This document shows, piece after piece, positions 1 through 10,900 of a stretch of DNA of 64,000 nucleotides (positions are counted from its first letter, which is position 1; every line of letters starts with the position of its first letter). The notes below the pieces were generated by a model. That model saw only the letters and a list, made by a program, of their open reading frames with translations. It made no database searches and had not been told where the DNA came from. The position numbers and the translations under genes were made by a program. The DNA is taken from the NCBI GenBank assembly GCA_963575745.1, contig CAUYUJ010000037.1, forward strand, positions 124,001 to 188,000. The letters run 5' to 3'. This DNA comes from Prorocentrum cordatum (Eukaryota).

Positions 1-1565
1 TCAGCAAAATCCTCGCCGGGACCCCCCCCATTTCCCCTGACACAGCCAGCCTCCTGAGGCCTCTGGGCATGGGTTTTTCGTAGGTTTGACGGCTCCCCCA
101 CTCAGCAAAATCCTCGCCGGGACCCCCCCCCACCCCCTGACACAGCCAGCCTCCTGAGGCCTTCTGGGCACGGTTTTCGCAGGAGGTTTGAAGGCCCCCC
201 AACTCAGCAAAATCTCGCGGGACCCCAATCCCCCTGACACCTCCAGCCTCCTTGAGGTCGGGGGCATGGACTTTTCATAGTTTGAAAGGCCCCCCCCACT
301 CGCACAATCCTCGCCAGGACACCCCCCACCCTCCGAACAGCAGGGGCTCCCGCCTTGGGCCGGCCCACCCCAATTAGCAAAAATCTTCGCCGGGGACATC
401 CCCCACCCCCCCTGACACAGCCAGCCCCCTGAGGCCTCTGGGCATGGGTTTTTCCTAAGTTTGAAGGCCCCACCACTCGACAAAATCCTCGCCGGGACCC
501 TCCCCACCCCCCACACCCCCTAACACAGCCCACCTCCTGAGGACTGTGGGCATGGGTTTTTCGTAGGTTCGAAGGAACCCCCACTCAGCAAAATCTTCGC
601 CGGGACCCCCCCCATCCCCCCCTGACACAGCCAGCCTCCTGAAACCTCTGGGCATGGGTTTTTCACAGGTTCGAACGCCCCCCCATTCAACAAAATCCTC
701 GCCGGGACCCCCCCCACCCCCCCTGACACAGCCAGCCTCCTGAGGCCTTTGGGCATGGGTTTTTCGTAAGTTTGAAGGCTCCCCCACTCAGCAAAATCCT
801 CGCTGGGAGTCCCCCCACCCCCCTGACACAGCCAGCCTCCTGAGGCCTTTGGGCATGGGTTTCTCGTAGGTTTGATGGCCCCCCCACTCAGCAAAATCCT
901 CGCCGGGACACACTCCACCCCCCCTGACACAGCCAGCCTCCTGAGGCCTCTGGGCAGAGTTTTTCGTAGTTCGAAGGCCCCCTACTCAGAATCTTCGCCG
1001 GGACCTCCCCGCCCCCTGACACATCCAGACTCCTGAAGCCTCTGATTATGGCTTTTCGGTAGGTTGGAAGTGGCCCCCCCCCCACTCAGCAAAATCACGC
1101 GGGGACCCCCCCCCACCCCCATGACAAAGCCAGCCCCCTGAGGCCTATGGGCATTCAGTGTTCGTAGGTTTGAAGGCCCCCCCACTCAACAAAATCCTCG
1201 CCGGGACCCCCCCCCACCCCCTCTGACACAGCCAGTCTTCTGAGAATTCTGGGAATGGTTTTTTTCGTAGGTTTGAAGGAACCCCCACTCAGCAAAATCC
1301 TCGCCGAGACCTCTCCCACCCCCCCTGACACAGCCAGCGCCCTGAAGCCTCTGGGCATGGATTTTTCGTAGGTTTGAAAGCCTTCCCACTCAGCACAAGC
1401 CTCGCCGGGACTTCCCACCCCCCCTGACACAGCCAGCCTCCTGAGGCCTCTGGGCATGGGTTTTCGTATGTTTGAAGGCCCCCCCACTCAGCAAAATCCT
1501 CGCCAGGACCTCCCCACCCCTCCTGACACAGCCAGCCTCCTGAGGCCTCTGGGCATGGTTTTTTT
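1..1565. repeat. ~100-bp GC-rich tandem satellite, left part (continues beyond window start)
   Basis: Unit ~ACTCAGCAAAATCCTCGCCGGGACCCCCCCCACCCCCCTGACACAGCCAGCCTCCTGAGGCCTCTGGGCATGGGTTTTTCGTAGGTTTGAAGGCCCCCC recurs with ~100-bp spacing (1, 102, 204, ... 788, 888). Confidence 0.95.
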
Positions 1566-2059
1566 GTGGGCGCCCAACGCCATCGAAAGCGCGCGCGCTC
1601 GCTTGTGCTGCGCTGTGCGCGGGCACAAATTTCGCGCCCGCGCCTGGCCCGCGCGCGGGCGGGCAAGCTGGGCGCGCGGGCCGCCTCCCGCTTTCCTGCG
1701 CCGCGCGGCGCGCGGCCCCACGAGAAGGGCCCGCGCGCGCGAGGCGGGGGGGCCTCAGCATGTGCCTCGCGGCGCGCGGCCCCACGCGAAGGGCCTGCGC
1801 GCGCGAGGGGGGGGGGAGCGACGGCACGTGCCTCGCGGCGCGCGGCCCCGCGCGAAGGGCCCGCGCGCGAGGGGGGTGCGTCGTCACGCGCGTGGCTAGT
1901 CTGCTCTTCTGCTCGCTTTGCGTCGAACGCCCCGTGCAGGCGCGCCGCGGGGATCGCGTCGGGGCGGCTCGCGGCGCGGCTCGGGGTCGTGCGATGTGCA
2001 GGCATTGGTGCTTGCATCTCGCAGGCATGTGCGCCTGCGTCCCGCCGTGGCGGACGGCG
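1566..2059 (+). repeat. Split direct repeat A1 (494 bp)
   Basis: Near-identical to 3580-4076 (a handful of substitutions and homopolymer indels). Contains three internal ~65-bp CGCGGCGCGCGGCCCC...GAAGGGCC repeats. Confidence 0.95.
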
Positions 2060-3279
2060 GCGGAGTAGCTATCGCACTCGCGTCAAGCCTTCAGGTTCGC
2101 GGACTTCGCGCCGCGCCCCTGCTGCATCGCGCCCGCGTGCGCGCGCAGGAGGCAGCACAAGTCCAGAGGCCGGCTCCGGCGCGGGAGCAGGCCGCCGGGG
2201 GCATTGCCGTTGACGCGCTCCTCGAGACAAGGATTGCGAAGGCGCAGGGGGCCCGCGCGCCACAGTGCGGCGGGGGCCCGCGCGCGGAGCTCCGTTATCT
2301 TCGCCGGCGGCTTGACAGCGAGGAAGGCCCAGTGAGCGTCGCTGAGTGGCTGTCTTCGGCGCGCGCAGCGGCCCTCCTGGGCGCATGCCCGCGCTCCATC
2401 GCCTATTTCAAGAGCGGCGTGGCAGCATGGATCGCGTTCGCGCGCGAGGCTCTTGCGCTGCACGGGCGCGAGCTGCCGCCGTCTGCCGACGGGTTGCTCG
2501 CGTGGTCGCTGCTGTTTCGCTCCGACCAGACCTTTTCCAATTATGTCTCTCACGTCAAGCTGGCTTGTCAGGTTTGCGATCTCCCTGTAGACGTTTTTCG
2601 TGACACGCCCCTTCGCCGCGCCAAATGCGCGATTCGCAAGCGCGGCGCTTTCCTGCCCAGGGCGCCCCTATTCATCAGGGAGGACGCAGTTTGCGCGCTG
2701 CTAAATCTGGCAAAAGAGCGGCAAGAGTCCGCCGTTTTCGCGCAGCTCTTTCTTGTCACGTACGTGTTTCTCTTGCGACTTCCCTCGGAGGCCCTGGGCA
2801 TTTCGTTCGACGGCGTCGCCTTTCGTCAGGGCGCAGGGGCTTCCCTCATTCTGTGCGACGGCCTCCTGCAGCTCAAATTGGCGCGCCGCAAGAACAAGCA
2901 ATTCGGGTCCGTGCTGCAGCGAGCGTGCTGGTGCGCGCGCTGCACCAAGACGTGCCCGGTCCACGCGCTCGGCGCATGGTTCGCGGACCTGCCCGTGGGC
3001 ACCAGGCCGTTCGCGGACATTAGCGCGGCCAGCTCGCTGAGCACGCTGCGCTTTCTCCTCGGTCAGCTCGGCGTCAAAGACGCGGCGCTCTATCGCACGC
3101 ACGACCTGCGGCGCGGGCACGCACTGGACCTCCAGCAGAGGGGAGGCACCTTGCGCGAGCTCCTTCAAGCGGGCGAATGGTCCTCGCCCGCGTTCCTGTC
3201 GTACCTCGATTTGACGCAACTCGAACTCGGCGCCGTGGTCGAGGCGCATCTAGCTGAGTCCGAGGACGAACTTGCCTAG
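1918..3279 (+). CDS. Tyrosine recombinase (phage-integrase fold, DIRS/Ngaro type); true start uncertain, no in-frame ATG
   Basis: Catalytic motifs in order: FLLRLPSE (R), RRKN (K), CPVH, HDLRRG (HxxR), GEWSS (W), FLSYL (Y). The upstream segment (YFKSGVAAWIAF...FSNYVSHVK) resembles a core-binding domain. No internal stops. Confidence 0.92.
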   Translation: MRRTPRAGAPRGSRRGGSRRGSGSCDVQALVLASRRHVRLRPAVADGGGVAIALASSLQVRGLRAAPLLHRARVRAQEAAQVQRPAPAREQAAGGIAVDALLETRIAKAQGARAPQCGGGPRAELRYLRRRLDSEEGPVSVAEWLSSARAAALLGACPRSIAYFKSGVAAWIAFAREALALHGRELPPSADGLLAWSLLFRSDQTFSNYVSHVKLACQVCDLPVDVFRDTPLRRAKCAIRKRGAFLPRAPLFIREDAVCALLNLAKERQESAVFAQLFLVTYVFLLRLPSEALGISFDGVAFRQGAGASLILCDGLLQLKLARRKNKQFGSVLQRACWCARCTKTCPVHALGAWFADLPVGTRPFADISAASSLSTLRFLLGQLGVKDAALYRTHDLRRGHALDLQQRGGTLRELLQAGEWSSPAFLSYLDLTQLELGAVVEAHLAESEDELA

Positions 3280-3433
3280 GCAATGGCGACCCAGGCGTCG
3301 CGCGACGCCCTCGCGCGCACGCCTCCGCCGCTGCGTGTCACAACACCGCGGCGCCGCCGCACGCAACACCCGTTTCGCAAGGGGTGCGCGTGCCGCGCGC
3401 GTCGCCGCTGCGCGGTGCACCAGCATGCATCGG

Positions 3434-3579
3434 CTGGGGGTATTTGCATCCCTGGCGCCCCGCGCGTCGGCTCAGACTGGCACCGCCAGGCTGGACGGCG
3501 CGGGGGGTGCCGCACCCCTTGTCAAGTGGGTGCGGGCACCCTCGGGTGCGGGAGGCTTCTGGCGCAGCTGAAATTTGTG
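3434..3579 (+). repeat. Split direct repeat B1 (146 bp)
   Basis: CTGGGGGTATTTGCATCC...GCTGAAATTTGTG; matches 4105-4250 with one visible substitution. Confidence 0.95.
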
Positions 3580-4076
3580 GTGGGCGCCCAACGCCATCGA
3601 AAGCGCGCGCGCTCGCTTGTGCTGCGTTGTGCGCGGGCACAAATTTCGCGCCCGCGCCTGGCCCGCGCGCGGGCGGGCAAGCTGGGCGCGCGGGCCGCCT
3701 CCCGCTTTCCTGCGCCGCGCGGCGCGCGGCCCCACGAGAAGGGCCCGCGCGCGCGAGGCGGGGGGGCGTCAGCATGTGCCTCGCGGCGCGCGGCCCCACG
3801 CGAAGGGCCTGCGCGCGCGAGGGGGGGGGGGGAGCGACGGCACGTGCCTCGCGGCGCGCGGCCCCGCGCGAAGGGCCCGCGCGCGAGGGGGGGTGCGTCG
3901 TCACGCGCGTGGCTAGTCTGCTCTTCTGCTCGCTTTGCGTCGAACGCCCCGTGCAGGCGCGCCGCGGGGATCGCGTCGGGGCGGTTCGCGGCGCGCCTCG
4001 GGGTCGTGCGATGTGCAGGCATTGGTGCTTGCATCTCGCAGGCATGTGCGCTTGCGTCCCGCCGTGGCGGACGGCG
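3580..4076 (+). repeat. Split direct repeat A2
   Basis: Starts GTGGGCGCCCAACGCCATCG immediately after B1; copy of 1566-2059. Confidence 0.95.
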
Positions 4077-4104
4077 CGCGCGCTTTCGCCCCACCCTCCC
4101 GCTC

Positions 4105-4250
4105 CTGGGGGTACTTGCATCCCTGGCGCCCCGCGCGTCGGCTCAGACTGGCACCGCCAGGCTGGACGGCGCGGGGGGTGCCGCACCCCTTGTCAAGTGG
4201 GTGCGGGCACCCTCGGGTGCGGGAGGCTTCTGGCGCAGCTGAAATTTGTG
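4105..4250 (+). repeat. Split direct repeat B2 (element 3' end)
   Basis: Copy of 3434-3579 ending GAAATTTGTG, followed directly by satellite CGTTGGTTTGAAGG. Confidence 0.95.
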
Positions 4251-7200
4251 CGTTGGTTTGAAGGCTCCCCACTCGGCAAAATCCTCGCCGCGACCTCCCC
4301 ACCCCCCCTGACACAGCCAGCCTCCTGAGGCCTCTGGCCATTGGTTTTTCGCAGGTTCGAAGGCCCCCCCACTCAGCAAAATCCTCGCCGGGGCCCACCC
4401 CACCTTCCCTGACACAGCCAGCCTCCTGAGGCATCTGGTCATATGTTTTTCGTAGGTTTGAAGGGCCCCCCACTCAGCAAAATCCTCACCGGGACCCCCC
4501 CACACCCCCCCTGACACAGCCAGCCTCCTGAGGCCTTTGGGCATCTGTTTTTCGTAGGTTCGAAGGCGCCCCCACTCAGCAAAATCCTCGCCGGAACCCT
4601 CCCCACCCCCCCTGACACAGCCAGCCTCCTGAGGCCTATGGGCATGGGTTTTTCCTAAGTTTGAAGGCCCCCCCACTCAGCAAAATGCTCGCCAGGACCT
4701 CCCCCACCCACCCTGACAGAGCCAGCCTCCTGAGGCCTCTGGCCTTGAGTTCTTCCTAAGTTCGAAGGCCCCCCACTCAGCAAAATCCTCGCCGGGACCC
4801 CCCCCATTTCCCCTGACACAGCCAGCCTCCTGAGGCCTCTGGGCATGGGTTTTTCGTAGGTTTGACGGCTCCCCCACTCAGCAAAATCCTCGCCGGGACC
4901 CCCCCCCACCCCACTGACACAGCCAGTCCTGCTAGGCCCTGGGCACGGGTTTTTCGTAAGTTAGGCCCACAATTAGCAGAATCCTAGCCGCGGACCCCCA
5001 CCCATACGGACGAAAACATAGCCGAGCTCCGTCTAAAAAACGCACAAGAGGCACATCGGACGAACAATGGGTTTCACGCACAAAGTAACAAAACAGCTGA
5101 ATAGAGCCCCCACATCAAGCACAAAGAAACCCTCACAGACTGAAGACACCTCCTAACCAAGAACCTTTCCCGGGGACACAGAAAACAAGCACTAGACACG
5201 ACGGCAGGGGGTTTCGCCAGTTCGACATAGTCACACCACCAACCCAACAAAATCCCTGCACGGACCCAACACCCCCCCCAACACCCTCACCATAGGACAC
5301 GAACGCCGCAGCTAGTGAGGCTGCGGGCACAGAAGCCACCTGGAACTTATATTCCCTGATTAAATACGACATGTTGACGGCCCCCCAACTCAGCAAAAAA
5401 TCACATGCCAGGGAAACCCCACCTCACACGTCCCCCACCCCACACCCACCACAGACACATGCCAGCCTCCCTGCACATGAACCTGGGCAGTGATTTTTTC
5501 GCACGTTTTATAGAAGAAGTCGACCCACTCAGCAAAATCCTCGCCGGGACCCCCCACCCCCCCTGACACACAGCCAGCATCCTGAGGCCTCGGGCACGGG
5601 TTTTCGTAAGTTCTGAAGGCCCCCCCACTCAGCGAAATCCTCGCGGGGACATAACCCCCACACCCCCCCTGACACAGCCAGCCCCCTGAGGCCTCTGGGC
5701 ATGGGTTTTTCCTAAGTTTGAAGGCCCCACCACTCGACAAAATCCTCGCCGGGACCCTCCCCACCCCCCACACCCCCTAACACAGCCCACCTCCTGAGGA
5801 CTGTGGGCATGGGTTTTTCGTAGGTTCGAAGGAACCCCCACTCAGCAAAATCTTCGCCGGGACCCCCCCCATCCCCCCCTGACACAGCCAGCCTCCTGAA
5901 ACCTCTGGGCATGGGTTGGGTTTCGCTTACGTTGTGAAGGGCCACTCCAACTCAGCAAAATCCTAGCGGGGACCCACCCCACCCTCACTGACACAACACC
6001 CCCTGAGGCCTACTGGGCATTGGATTTTCGCGGGTCGAAGGCCCCCCCCAACTCAGCAAATCTTCGCAGGACCCCCCCACAGCCCCTGACACAGCCATAG
6101 TCCAGCCACTGAGGGGCAGCCTCCCCCCCATACTCAGCCGAGAAATCCGCTCGGGACCCCCCCGCCGCCCCCCCGACACAGCCAGCCTCATGAGGCCACT
6201 CACCTTGTGCACTCAGCAAAATCCTCACCAGGACCCCCCCACCCCCGACACAGCCAGCCTCCCGAGGCCTATGGGTTTTCGTTCGGTTCGAGGCCACCAC
6301 TCAGCAAAATCCTCGCCGGCCCCCCCCCCCACCTCCCTGACGCACCCAGCCTCCTGAGGCCTCTGGGCATGGTTTTTTTCGTAGGTTTGAAGGCCCCCCC
6401 ACTCAGCAAAATCATCGCCGGGACCCCGCCCACCCCCCTTGACGCAGCCAGCCTTCTGAGGCCTCTGTGCATGAGTTTTTCGTGGGTTTACAAGCCCCCC
6501 CACGCAGCAAAATCATCGCCGGGACCCCCCCCCACCCCTTCTGACACAGCCAGCCTCCTGAGGCCTCTGGGCATAAGTTTTTCGTAAGTTTGAAGGCCCT
6601 CCCACTCAGCAAAATCCTCGCCGGGACCCCCCCACACCCCCCCAGAGCCGGCCTCCTGCGGCCTCTGGGCATGGGTTTGTCGTAGATTTGAACGCGCCCC
6701 CACTCAACAAAATCTTCGCCGGGACCCGACCGACCCCCCTGACACAGCCAGCCTCCCGAGGCCTGTGGGCATTGGTTTTTTGTAAGTTTGAAGGCCCCCC
6801 CACTCAGCAAAATCCTCGTCGGGGCCCCCCCCCGACTCCCCTGACACAGCCAGCCTCCTGAGGCCTCTGGGCATGGGTTTAGGTTGAAGGCCCCCAATCA
6901 CAAAATGTTCGCCGGGACCCGCCCCCCACCCCCCCTGACACAGCCAGCCTCCTGAGGCCTCTGGGCATGGGTTTTCGTAGGCTTGAAGCCCCCCACTCAG
7001 CAAAATCCTCGCCGAGATTGCCCCGACCCCCCGAGACACAGCCAGCCTACTGAGGCTTCGGGGCATGAATTCGTTTTTCGCAGGTTTGAAAGCCCCCCCC
7101 ACTCAGCAAAATCCTCGCCGGGACCACCCGACCCCCCGACACAGCCAGCCTCCTGAGGCCTCTGGGCAAAATTTCATGGGTTTGAAAGACCCTTCCCCTC

Positions 7201-7895
7201 CGCAAAATCCTCGCTGGGACCCCCCCCACCACCCCCCCTGACCCAGCCAGCCTCCCGAGGCCTCTGGGCATATGTTTTTCGTAAGTTTGAAAGGCCCCCC
7301 AACGGAGCAAAATCTTCGCCGGGACCCCCCCGACCCCTCCTGACACAGGCAGTCTCCTGAGGCTTCTGGGCCGAAGTTTTCCTAGGTTTGAAAGACCCCC
7401 CACTCAGCAAAATCCTCGCGGGAACTCCCCCGACTCCCCCTGACATATCCATCCTCCTGAGGCCTCTCAGCATAAGTTGTTCGTGGATGGTCGACCCCCG
7501 CTGAGCCAAATCCTCGACGGAGCCTCCCCGACTCCCCCTGACACAGCCAGCCTCCTGAGACCTCTGGGCACTCGGTTTCCGCAGGTTTGCACAACCTCTT
7601 AACTCAGCAAAATCCTCGCCGGACCCCCTCGACCCCCCCTGACACAGCCAGCCTGCTGAGGCCTCTGGGCACGGGCTTTCCGTAGGTTTGAAGGACTCCC
7701 CACTCAGCGCCAGCAACGAGCCAGCAACGAGGCCAGCAAAATCCTCACCGGGACCCACCCCACCCCCCTGACACACCCAGCCTCCACAGGCCTCTGGGCA
7801 TAAGTTTATCGTAGCACCCCGGAGACTTCAGAGGTTTGAAGGACCCCCCGCTTAACAAAATCCTCACCAGGAGCCCCCCGCCACCCCTGACACGC
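4251..7895. repeat. ~100-bp GC-rich tandem satellite, right part
   Basis: Same unit as 1-1565. Strongly garbled between ~4925 and 5520 and more diverged toward 7.9 kb. Confidence 0.93.
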
Positions 7896-7939
7896 CCAGC
7901 ATCCCCCTCCTTTCCCTCCGCCTCTGGACGCTTCCTTTG

Positions 7940-10900
7940 TGCTTTCCGCCTCCACGCAGCCCTCATCTCCCCCAGTATTCCGCTGTACCTTTTGTTTGGT
8001 TTTTCGCGCCACGACGTCATGCGACAAGTCTGCCACGCGCTTCCGGCCGCGCTCCTGGTCTGCGTCGCACTCATTACAACGCTGCGTCCCGTTCGGTCTC
8101 TGCGTCGTTCGCTTTGACAACCACGCGCTAAACCTCGCGGTTTCGAAGGAGTCCTTACACTGCACGCACTTCCAATACCCGAGCTGGTTGTTGGCCCCTT
8201 TCACGCACTCGTCGCACTTGCGATGCTTGCTGGCGACCTTCGACCACATCTTCCCAGAGAATGCGGCTTGAGGCTTTTCCGCGCCGCAAGCCGTGCACGA
8301 CTTCATCTCTTTCCTCGTATATTTCCGTGCGCCTCTGTGCTTCTCGCCCCTTTCGTCTGCGGCCCGCGCGACGCACTCAATGCATACTCGCGGTCGCGGC
8401 CTCTCTTCCCACAGAGACCCAGAATAGAAGTCGCGCGGTTTCTCCGCGCGGCACGTCGAACACTTCTTCCGTTCCGCCTCTCCCTGGCGCCGCTTCTGCT
8501 CCCTGTTCTCCGCTCTCTTGCATTTGTCGCACACGCGCTCCGGGTCATCGACGTCGCGCTTCGCGAAGTGGGTGGCGACCTTGCTCTCCTTGCAGCGACC
8601 GCATAAGAGGTGCCTCTTTCACTCTCTGCGCACATTCCTCCTCCACCTCGGCTGTTCCCCGATTGTTCCCACTGATACTGCGCGAACGCCTCCTCGTATT
8701 TTCGAATTTCGCACACGCGGCAACTCCCTCTCGGGGCAGTTCACGCAACGCCGCGTTGTCAACTTCGACGGGTGGTGCTGCGAGGCGGGGAACGCCCCCT
8801 GGCATTTCCATAGACAACACTCCATGCATTGCCACGGGGTGCCCATCCTCTTCTTGTCTTCCAGGCACGCGCTGCACACGCGAAGCCCGTCTGCACGACT
8901 CCACTGCCCTACCGTCGGGTAATTACATGTTCTTGTACTTCGTGCATCCGCAGACCGCGCACCTGCCAGACGGCATGAACCCATTCTCTATCGCCTCCCA
9001 GTCCAACACTTCCCCGCGCAGGGTGCGCAACAGCAATCCCGGCCCCCTCCGCTCGCCCTTCTTCTGATACGGCGCTATGTCGAAAGGACGAAAGATGAGC
9101 ATGTCCTCCCGGCGTTGTACCCGCGTCAGTGCCACGTAGCTCGAGAAAGGTGACGCGCCCCCGCCAATGCGCAGGTCCACGGTGACACCTTGCTTAAAAG
9201 TTTGCACCTGCGCCGTATGGGCCGTCACCCCGAAGGCCGGAGCCAGCGGGAACTGCCGTCTTTTCACCTTCAGCCGCGGGCGCGGACGACCTTTGTCCAC
9301 GAACCACTCCTTCTTTTGCGGAACCGCCGGGTACAAGCCGGGCGTCCTTAATCCCTCGATCGTCCACTTGCACGGCTTCCGACCGCCCTTTCCGTCGAAC
9401 AACACGAAAATCACTTTCGAGGTTTTTCTTCAGAGTGGTCTCACCCCCGCGCGTGACCCGATCGTGCTCTCCGTCCCCGTCGCAAACCCAAGACTGAACG
9501 CGGCCGACGCGACCGCGCAGGAGGTTCTTGTCCTCGCTGCGATCGACGTGATCAGTCAGAGCGACTGGCACGCCTTCTGCGATGGACAAGAAGCCGTACA
9601 GGTCTCCGCTCTCCTTGTCGTGTCGTTGGAGCCATGCCATCTTCTGCTGCGCCAGATCTGGTCGCTCGCGGAGCGTCTCCGGCGTTGGCGTATCCCGCAC
9701 AGGGACGTACACCATCGGCTTCCCGTGCCTGCGCGCGTACTGCGACGCTCGGAGCTTGTTGGCCTCATATTTGACGTTGTTCGGAAACACTCCCGGCGCG
9801 ATGAAGGACTTCTCCGACTGCAGACGCGGATCGCCCGGGCCATCCTCCACCAGACGGCGCCGCGAACGTTCCCCTCTGCACACCTGACACTCCTGTTGGC
9901 GGATCTCCTTCGACGTTACCTTGCGTCTTCGACGTTGACCCGCTGCACCCGCCGCTTCATCCTTTGCGCCATCGCACAACTCCTGGCATGCCCGATTCCG
10001 GCAACCCACGTCTCCGTGCAGCCAGCTCCCCGTAACGACGGCGGTGTCCCTGCCGCGCAAGAACGCGCGCGCGTTCGCCGACAGCGCCCCTGTACGGAAT
10101 TATTCCTGCACCTCCTTCAGCCAGGCGTCGTCGCACCGCTCGCACTCCACCAGCTCGGTCACGCCCTGCACCCCGCACTCGGGTCCACCCCACAGTAGAG
10201 ATTGGCCATGGAGCACAGGTGGCAGGGATGTGTACTTGCGCGCCGCCGATATGCGCTCGGTGGGGACGTCCGCCAGGAAGCCACCGTCGGGGGGGGGGCA
10301 GTCGCCAGAAGTCACCACTCAGCACGACGTTCAAACCGCCGAACGGGCGCGGCACGCCTCCGTCTCCGCGCTTCGTTGTGCCCACATCCCGGATCACCCC
10401 TCGCAGTTTCGCGTCTACTTCTGCCAAGAGTCTGGCGCTAACCATGCTGATCTCGTCGATAAACAGCCACCTCCACTGGAGCACGCGCTTGGCAGTCTCG
10501 CACTGCAGCTTCACATCCTCCCCCTGGTCGGCTCCCCGCTTGATAGCTGGTATGCCGCACGCATGGTGGATGGTGTCCCCTCCAAACAGCTGCGCCATGA
10601 CGGACGGCTTGCAGGGCGGCGATTTGGAAGTTCACCCCAATCGTCCACTTCATCAATCCTTCGAACAGTTCGTAGCGAAGAATGCGCAAGACGTGTGATT
10701 TGCCCGTCCCAGGGACCCCGTGCATACACCATTGCAGGGGTTCCCCCATGGCCGCTTCACCCCTTCCCTCGCCATCGATCTCCTGCATTACCCGACACGC
10801 CACCTTCTTCACCATCTTGAACTGCTTCGCGTTCACTACGCGCCGCCCCGTGTCCTTGTTCACCCGGAACTCGAGGTCCGCGAGCCACCTGGCCACGTCA

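Larger units (their letters stand above)
1566..4250 (+). mobile_element. Tyrosine-recombinase element with split direct repeats (A1-YR-B1-A2-B2; DIRS order, Ngaro/PAT-like architecture), lacking gag/RT/RNase H
   Basis: A1 1566-2059 matches A2 3580-4076; B1 3434-3579 matches B2 4105-4250. A single YR ORF lies between A1 and B1. The satellite resumes in register on both sides. Confidence 0.88.

Noticed and set aside
3283..4328. 300-aa ORFs over B1-A2-B2
   Set aside because: Arg/Ala/Gly-rich, open in several frames because of extreme GC content, and no domain motifs.
1..7895. Many overlapping minus-strand ORFs in the 100-bp array; superficial CRISPR-like periodicity
   Set aside because: Whole units repeat with no unique spacers and there are no cas genes. 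The ORFs are translations of a GC-rich satellite.
9167..10198. 343-aa plus-strand ORF
   Set aside because: Antisense shadow of the RepHel helicase region.
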